Shown piece after piece: positions 55,788 through 64,000 of a stretch of 64,000 bases of DNA (position 1 is the first letter of the stretch; the number at the start of each line of letters is the position of its first letter). The notes beneath the pieces were generated by a model that did not search any database, had not been told where the DNA came from, and worked only from the letters and a program-made list of their open reading frames with translations. The stretch comes from Octopus sinensis. Taxonomy: Eukaryota. Both the position numbers and the translations under genes were made by a program. Location: positions 66,836,001 to 66,900,000 of the forward strand of contig NC_043009.1 in NCBI RefSeq assembly GCF_006345805.1, read 5' to 3'.

Positions 55788-57010
55788 CACACACATACAC
55801 ACACACACACACACATGTATACGCGCACACCCGACATACAAATACCCACGCATACACACACACACACACACACACACAACATGCACATGCTCGTACGCAC
55901 TTTCATATAGTTATCCACAGACATACACACACAAACACATGAAGGAATACACACCCACCAAACACACGTGTACACACCCACATACACATGTAACACAGAT
56001 ACACAATTCATCACGATACAACTTATCTACACACACGCCCTACTTGCACAACACACTCCCACAACACATGCACAACATTTACACACACACACACATATGC
56101 ATTTATGCACTATGCATACATACACATATAACACATAAGACATACATATAAAAATACTTACATACATACATACATACATACATACACACGCATAACACAT
56201 ACATATAAAAATAGATACATACATACATACATGTATACATACATACATGTATACATACATACATACATACATACATACATACATACATAAATACATACAT
56301 ACATACATAATACATACATACATACACACATACATACATACATACACACATACATACATACATACATACATAATACATACATACATACATAAATACATAC
56401 ATACATACACATACATACATACATACATACATACATACATACATACATACATACATACATACATACACGTATAACACGGAAGACATACATACGTACAGCT
56501 CGTACACAACGCATACACAACTCACAGACAATATACTCACGTAACACAGTTCCACCACATAGCAACGACACACACACTCGCACATACGCAAGCACACACG
56601 CACGCACTTATACACACACATACACACACACAAACATACACGCACACGCACACACGCACATGTACATAATACCTGCACTGACGCATAAACACAGAACGCA
56701 CACACGTCTCATACACGTTACATATATATATCCTACATAAACTACACACACACACACACACACCACACACACACACATACAAACACACACACAAGACATT
56801 CGCTCAAGTTTACTCAAGCACATACATAACAGACAACACAGCCAAGACACACATTTCAACAACACACCACACAACGCATGATTCACACACACATACGCAC
56901 ACATACACACAACTACACACACACAACAACAACAACAACAACACCAAGCATACGTACGCATACACAGGCGATACAACAGACATAACAAAACAAAATTTAA
57001 CAATCACAAA
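55750..57010. repeat. Long noisy (CA)/(TACA)n tract
   Basis: Direct reading. Confidence 0.92.
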
Positions 57011-57670
57011 CAATATTTTAAATATATATATATATTTCTTTTTTTCTTTTTTCTTCTTTTTTTTGGTTCTTTTCGAAAATATTAAAACGTTAAGAATCAA
57101 AGACAATAATAATATTTACAATATAAAGAATTGAAATTACAATTTGATAATTAATAATTTCTACCGCCAATCCTGCACTTTGGAGAAAATGGCCGATTCT
57201 ACTTAACGAAATTCCCGTTTACAATTAAAATAAGAAACGAAAGAATGGTTGCTGCCAAACCGCCATTACACGTTGAAAGGTCTTGGAATGAATTTTCCCT
57301 TGAAGCAACCACCACCACCACCACAACTACCACAACAACCACAGCCACCACCTCTAGGACTAACCCCATTACTACAACTGATACTAACATCACCACCACT
57401 ACCGCCGCCACAAGCGATATCACCAACATTAACACCTTCGCCACCGCCACCACTTCTAGGGACTATCGCCCACCACTACCACTACCATTTGCTAATATCA
57501 TCTCCACCACCACCACAACAACAACAACAACAATACCATCTACAACTACCACCGCCGCCACCGCTATCAACACAATCACCAGCACCACCATCACAGCCAC
57601 TTGTAGCACTGTCTCCACCAACATCACCACCACTACTACTACTACAAGTAATTGTAGGAGCAAATATTGC

Positions 57671-57712
<42 letters not shown>

Positions 57713-58472
57713 TGGTAAGACTATGCTAAATTCGACACCACTTTTAAGGCTATCTATACTACCACTGCTGCTGCTGCTAAAGCTGGTATTACTACTACTA
57801 CTACTACTGCTGCTGCTACCACAATAATCTCGCTGTTACCACTCCTCACAGAACATCAACTACCACTACGAGCTTCATCACTCGGCAGACGATGCCTTTT
57901 ATCCTATATACTCTCTTCCTCTCTCTCCCTCTCCCCCTCTCTCCTCCTCTCTCTTCTACTCTTCCTCTCTCTCTCTCTCTCTCTCTCCCTCTCTCTCTCC
58001 CTCTCTCTCTCATCATCCTCATCATCCTCTCCATCCACCCACCGCATTAACAAGACATCTCCAATGTTTCGCTTACATCCGATGTAAATCTTTACTCCAA
58101 GTGACGATGGGCCGGGGGAGGGGGCAGGGGAGAGGTGAGGACGATGGGGGGGGGGGCGGTCTTACTAGTCTTGATGTTGCTGTTGTTGTTGCTGTTACTA
58201 GTTCTCCTATTGATGGTGTTGCTTGTTGTCGTTAGTGTTGGCGATGGTCGAAGTATTATCTGCTGTCAGTCGCGGCGGCGGTGGAGGGGGTCGTCGTCGT
58301 GGCAGTGGTGATAATAGTGATGATGGTAATGATGGTGGTGTCTCATTTGAAGTGCTGATGGTGATGATGATGATGATGATGATGATGGTGATGGCAGCAA
58401 CGGCGTTGGCTACACTTGTGATTGGGAGTAATGAGTTCGTATTAAGGCGTCGAATTGGTAGACTGCTGTGGG

Positions 58473-58530
58473 CAGGCATGAGCAACCTTTTACGAGAAGC
58501 GAGCCGCATGAGACCATGGATCATGATCCG
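58473..58530 (+). mobile_element. Possible hAT MITE 5' end
   Basis: CAGGCATGAGCAACC..GCGAGCCGCATG; partner end not seen. Confidence 0.3.
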
Positions 58531-59292
58531 GGGCGGGATGCGGTGTTGTAGATGGGGTTTCGGGTGGTTTGAATATCAGGCAGTTCATCATTCGATTTCT
58601 AATATCTCCCTCTGTCTCACTCATTTTCTCTCTCCCTCTCTCTCTCTCTCTCTTTCTCGGGCTTTCTCTCTTTCTTTCTCACTCCCTCGCTTCCTCTTCT
58701 TTTTCTCTCTCTAAATATAAATGATGTGTGTGTGCGTGTGTTTGTGCATGTTTGTGTGTGTGTGTGTGTGCTTGTGTGTGCGCGCGCGTGTGTCATATGC
58801 GTGTTTGTGTGTGTGTTTGCACGTTTGTATGTTTGCATGCATGTGTGTGTGTGCGGGTTTGTGCGTATGTGTGTCCCTGTTTGTATGTGTTTGTGAGCGT
58901 GTGTGTGTGCGTGTTTGTGTGTGTGTGTGTGTAGGCGTGTGTCCATGTTTGAATGTGTTTGTGAGCGTGTGTATGCGTGTTTGTGTGTGTGAGCGTGTGT
59001 GTGTGTATGCGTGTTTGTGCGTGTGTGTGTGTAGGTGTGTGTCCGTGTTTGAATGTGTTTGTGAGCGTGTGTGTGCGTGTTTGTATGTGTGTGTGAGCGT
59101 GTGATTGTGTGCGTGTGTGAGCGTGTTTGTATGTGTGTGTGCGCGCGTGTGTGTTTTGTGTTTGCGTGCTTGTGTGTGTTATAAATTTTGAATTATTTGG
59201 GGCTACGACGTAAGTCTGTTGCATGAAAGAGATAATTTCTAATACACTATATGGAAAAAAAATATGCGCCATCTTACCTCAGACCAAATCTT

Positions 59293-59336
59293 CCGCATAA
59301 AAATTTGTTTCGAGGACACTAACTCTCATCAGGCAG
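59293..59336 (-). ncRNA. Hammerhead ribozyme-like motif (intact core, damaged stem III)
   Basis: CTGC-CTGATGA-GAG-TTAGTGTC-CTC-GAAAC-AAATTTTTAT-GCGG: stem I CTGC/GCGG, stem II GAG/CTC. Confidence 0.5.
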
Positions 59337-59507
59337 TGTATAAATGTATCGACCATTCCGTGGGCAGCGGTCACATGGTGTGAAATAGGAAGTGAGTTGA
59401 AAAAATATGCAAACAAAAACAGGGACCCAACTGGATTAAACAGCTTTTCGGGGGAAAAGACAACAGTAAAGTGTTCAGAATGGAATAAGGCATGTACGTA
59501 GTAAAGA

Positions 59508-59836
59508 CTCCTTCGGTCACAAGTGACCATGGGATTGCACCTAGAAAGTTCCCTTCCTAGGCACAAGTCCGGAAAAGGTTGTTTACGGAAGATCAGCAGT
59601 CACCCGTGCATACCAGACCGCCCTCTCCATGCCACCGATGTTATCCAAAGGAAAGGCAAAGGGGCCGATACTGCTTAGCACCAGTGATGTCGCAATTCAT
59701 TTCAACAGCTGAGTGAACAGGAGCAATGTGAAAGAAAGTGTTCTTGCTCAAGAACACGACACACAGCCCGGTCCGGGAATCGAACTCACTACCTCGTGAT
59801 TGTGAGCCCGACGCTCTAACCACTGAGCCATGCACC
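59508..59836 (-). mobile_element. SINE group C
   Basis: Homologous to 16341-16696. Confidence 0.85.
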
Positions 59837-60009
59837 TACACTGTGTACGTAACACACAGCGTACATTACAATTGGTGTTGGCAGAGTATTTTTCACCGAA
59901 AGTGCTAAACAGTTGGATATACATAACGCATGCCTATGTGAGTTTGTGTGTGTGCTTGGGTGTAAGCATGCATATTGGAATTTTAATCTTCATAAAAGGA
60001 TGCGAAGTC

Positions 60010-61746
60010 TTTAACTTCCAATAAATATATTCTTCGTAATTCCATTTTTGTTTCTTAGCAAGAGAACTGATGGATCTCCTGCAATGTTGCGTAGAAAATC
60101 GGTTTTCTTAGCAAGAGTGTCAAATGTCAAGCTTGATACAAAGGAACTGCACTCTATGATCCACGTGTATGTATTATATCCAAACACACTGCCTCCGGCT
60201 CTCAAAACCATTCTCGGTGATACAGGAGGCATAGTGAAATTTGTGATATCTAATCCTCTGAACACAAGCATTTTGCGTTTGTTGTATCGAGAATTAAATA
60301 CTTGAACAAGAGGCATTTTTGATTAACACAGGAGTAAGAGGGCTTTCAAGGCATAAAATGGTCGCTGGATTTGCAGTGATGAAAGACAAACTGGGAGAAT
60401 TCTTTTCGAGAAATCAAAAGGATAAATCAATCAAGTTTACAGATAAAATTTCTGACAGCAAATGGATGGCAAAGCTAACCTACCTGAATGCTATTTTCTT
60501 TCGACTCAATGCAGCCCATAAAGCATTTGAAGGCGAGTTGGCTGCTGCTGTACACTTCATCGACAGATTAAAATCATTTCGGATGAAACTTGAATTGTGA
60601 AATGAAAAATAAAGTGAAAGCTGGTTGTTAGGACATTTTTGACAATATGAGTGGAAGCTTAAGATTGGTGGAAGCAAAAGACATTGAGGAAATCAGGGTG
60701 TCGGCCGAAAAGCATTTTGTTTTACTGCGTAGGAAATTAGATTACTATTTTCCTGAGATTAATAAATTGATTTATCAATTCATTCGACAAATTAATTTAC
60801 AAGATTAATGTTAGGAATTCGCTTTGGTTATGAATGTTGGGAAATGACCGAAAGATTCATTCTATCGCGAATACAAGAAGCCGAAATGGGACCCTTCCGA
60901 AAGGTCTCTGGAGTTACATTACACGTCAGGATGTGAAGCTCGGAGATCAGAGAGTCACTCCAAGTTGAGCTGCTATTTCATTATTGTGTGGAAGGGTCAC
61001 AGCTCCAATATTATGGACACGTCGTAGGGAAGAATCACAAGATGGAATCTTCAAGCCAAGTCATCAAGGAGAGGAGACCTGGGAGTAGACACCAAAAGCA
61101 AGATGTTTGAATAATATCCATAATCTCAGTTTGTCACACTTGGCAATCAGGCTGGAAAGTGTGATGAATATTGTTTCTGATTGGACCCAATGGAGGAGGT
61201 GCTTGAGAACTCAAATGAAGTTTCGGGAATTTATAAATGATGCCACAACAAAGCATTTCTTTGAAACTTCTTCCTAACCAAATTCTGGTGTCCCATGGTG
61301 AATTCTAACCCATCTGTTTCTAGAAGATGTGAGGAAAACCTTTCGATATTTCCATGCACTGATCGTTGTAAAGAAGGGTCTTCCACAATGTTTATAATCG
61401 AAAAGAACCAGGTAAATCACTCTAATCCTAATCCTAGATTTGAGTCATGGGTTAGACTGATCCGGGCCCATTAATCTCATTAAAAAATTTGGCATTAAAT
61501 TAAAAGAAGTTGCTTTTTGCGTAATCTCAAGGAAGAGAAAAGTCAACTCCCCCAGTACTTGACCAAAAGGATGAAAAGCAAAATTAACCACGGGGGAATT
61601 TGAAGTCTTTGAATTGAATTAGTACCAAATAATACGTGTCTATTGTCTATTATATGGTACCCGGTCATTATACACCATGTTCTTCGTACCAACAGTACCA
61701 GGCATGGTGAAGGGGTACCTTGAAAAATATAGTTTGAGACACCCTG
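60010..61746 (+). mobile_element. hAT (Buster/Charlie-type) transposon remnant, transposase pseudogene
   Basis: TDGSPAM...HSMIH...LPPALK; TGVRGLSRHK...WMAKLTYLNAIF..LN; hATC-like KFWCPMVNSNP..FPCTDRC. Right TIR TTTGAGACACCCTG at 61733-61746. Confidence 0.85.
60860..61190 (+). mobile_element. RTE LINE 3' fragment inserted in the hAT transposase
   Basis: SQLQYYGHVVG..R..G resembles the RQL.Y.GHV.R...G.R..GRP motif. Confidence 0.55.
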
Positions 61747-61970
61747 CTCTATGGCGTTGCTTAACCTGCTAGAAATAGCTACTAAATCTATCAAAGAACA
61801 ATCAAATATTGAAAACAGGAAGAGCACATTAGATAATGTACTCTCAGATAACCCACACCAGATAGAATGGTCACAGCTAGAATAATATTGATAATAGAGC
61901 TGACCAATGGCTAAACAACGGTAACATACAAATATATACAACTACACACGCATGTAAACACACACACACA

Positions 61971-62047
<77 letters not shown>

Positions 62048-62673
62048 AATATACACGCTTTAAGATCAACAAAGGAAAATGAAAGAAATATTGATTTCTA
62101 AACTTGGCACATGTCCAGCAATTTTGTCGGAATGAGTATGATAGATTAAATCGATCGCAATATTTGACTAGGACTTTATTTTATTCATCCTGAAAAATAA
62201 AAGGAAAAAAATACTCCGACGGTATTTGAACTCACATCGTAAAGGGAAGTAAGTAAATACAGCGATGCACACGAAAAGGAAAGTAATAGAGGGTGTCCAT
62301 AAATTATCTTTACAAATTCCACATATAAATTGTGGAAGTTCTAAAGATAATTTACGGACATCCTGTATTAAAAGGAATTCATCAACTGAGAAAAAAAAAC
62401 AGCCTCAGTTGTTACTGGAGTTATCTCCCTTCGCCACACTATATTGACTATGGTGTTATCATTTGACAAGTAACGTTTTGAACATATAACTCTGTTGACA
62501 GTATGAAATAATGTAACATATGTAGTTATTTGATAGTTAAACACTATTATTGCTATTGATAATATATATTTATTGCAAACACACATTGACATTTTGTTTG
62601 ATAAATTAATTTTATTTTTTAAAAATTAGTATCCATTTCATTAATATTTGCCTATCACTGAAATATGTAAAAG

Positions 62674-62920
62674 TACGAGGGTGAGTCAAAGAGTAATACT
62701 ATTTTGTTTAGGACAGGTATAATTACCAGCACAGGAACATGTATCATACATCAAAATGAAGCTGGTCCTCTGTGGATCACATCTCTACTTCTCATCATGG
62801 TCACCGTTTCTCTCAATAGCAATGTTCCACCTTCGAATGAGAGCATCAGCTGCCCCACGGATATCATTATGGTTTCGACACCTTGGCAGTACCATTCAAT
62901 CCGACAGTATCAACAATACT
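62674..62920 (+). mobile_element. Mariner-like element 5' end
   Basis: TA|CGAGGGTGAGTCAAAGAGTAA resembles a mariner TIR; right end not found. Confidence 0.55.
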
Positions 62921-64000
62921 AAAATAAGTTTTGTTTGGGAACAAGCATACATATGTATGTATGTACGTATGTAAGTTTACAGATATACATACATGCACGC
63001 ATACACCTGTGTACATATATATATATATGAATGTATGTAGGTGTGTTTGTATGTATGTTTATGTATGTATATTACATAAACTAGGAGAAAACCTCCCGGC
63101 GGGAGAGTGTTTCTCCTAGTTTTATCGGTTGTTGGACGTTAGATAGTTAAAAAGACATCATTTATTTCTGTCGAAGACAAATATCAGGTGACTGGCGAGG
63201 TGGGGGGTGAGGGTGGGTGATAATAAACATCGAAATAAACTAGAAACGACAGAAGACATGAAAAATGCAAAAATACGTTTCTTAACATCAAATAATCAAC
63301 AACAACAAAAAAAAAACAAAAAGTAAAAATACTTCTCTCAACTGTAAAGATGAAACGAGAGAAGAATACGTTTATTGACAGATACTCGAAGCTAAAAATA
63401 AATCATGAAATATTGTGGTTGATCGAGGGACTTGGTTGACTGTATGGAATCGGATTTTGACTCCTTTTGTAGAATTACGCAGTTTTTATCCTTTTACATT
63501 TTGTCTTTCTTTTCTGAAAACAACAAGTGACCTTTTAAAGGCGACTGAGATGCTAAGGAATGCCCACTTTAATAAATGTTGCTATGAGATAAAGAGGAAG
63601 CCTGATCGTTTGGTGTTGGTTTGTTGCTTTATCTTTTCAGTAGACTATTTGTTGGTTTATCTTTATAATAGACTCGAAGCGGCTTCTGATTTATATGTTT
63701 CTTCCAGTAGAACGAATTCTTTTACAATAGAACGTTTTTCATATTAATTTTTCAAAAGTCAATTCCGGGTGTTGTTTTACAGAATGGAAACCCCAAGACA
63801 TTGAGCTCTTTGGCAGATGCACAGAAGGATACACATTCCAAATAGTAGCCAACGAAGGAACCCCTATCTGGTGTCTCGCCCTTTGAGAAACAGCAGCTAA
63901 ATCTCCCTCAAATTACATCTTACCATTTTAACCGAGATATTTTCTTGTTTTTTTTTCAAACCTTGCGAGGGTCATATCCCCGAAGCAGTTCTTTACCATA

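Overview
Repeat-saturated, AT-rich eukaryotic DNA, almost certainly Octopus (inferred from the tRNA-derived SINE families and the microsatellite load). There is one 100-N scaffold gap. No host protein-coding gene can be called with confidence, and nearly all ORFs in the supplied track are microsatellite read-throughs. The window holds (i) many copies of three or four SINE groups; (ii) decayed LINE fragments (L1/Tx1, R4/Dong-like and other restriction-like-endonuclease [RLE] elements, CR1-like, RTE); (iii) a decayed Penelope-like element and pLTR-like remnants; (iv) two non-autonomous Helitrons, a Buster/hAT transposase pseudogene and several MITEs. Three signals stand out. First, several retroelement families each sit in their own microsatellite: RLE in (TACA)n, Dong/R4-like in (TAA)n, Tx1 in (GATA)n. 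Second, about seven minimal hammerhead-ribozyme-like motifs occur, several with palindromic stem III, one inside a ~443-bp retrozyme-like repeat unit. Third, a decayed, unidentified protein-coding insert lies at 17.9-19.1 kb. All alignments and folds were done by eye, and family names come from recalled motifs, not database searches.
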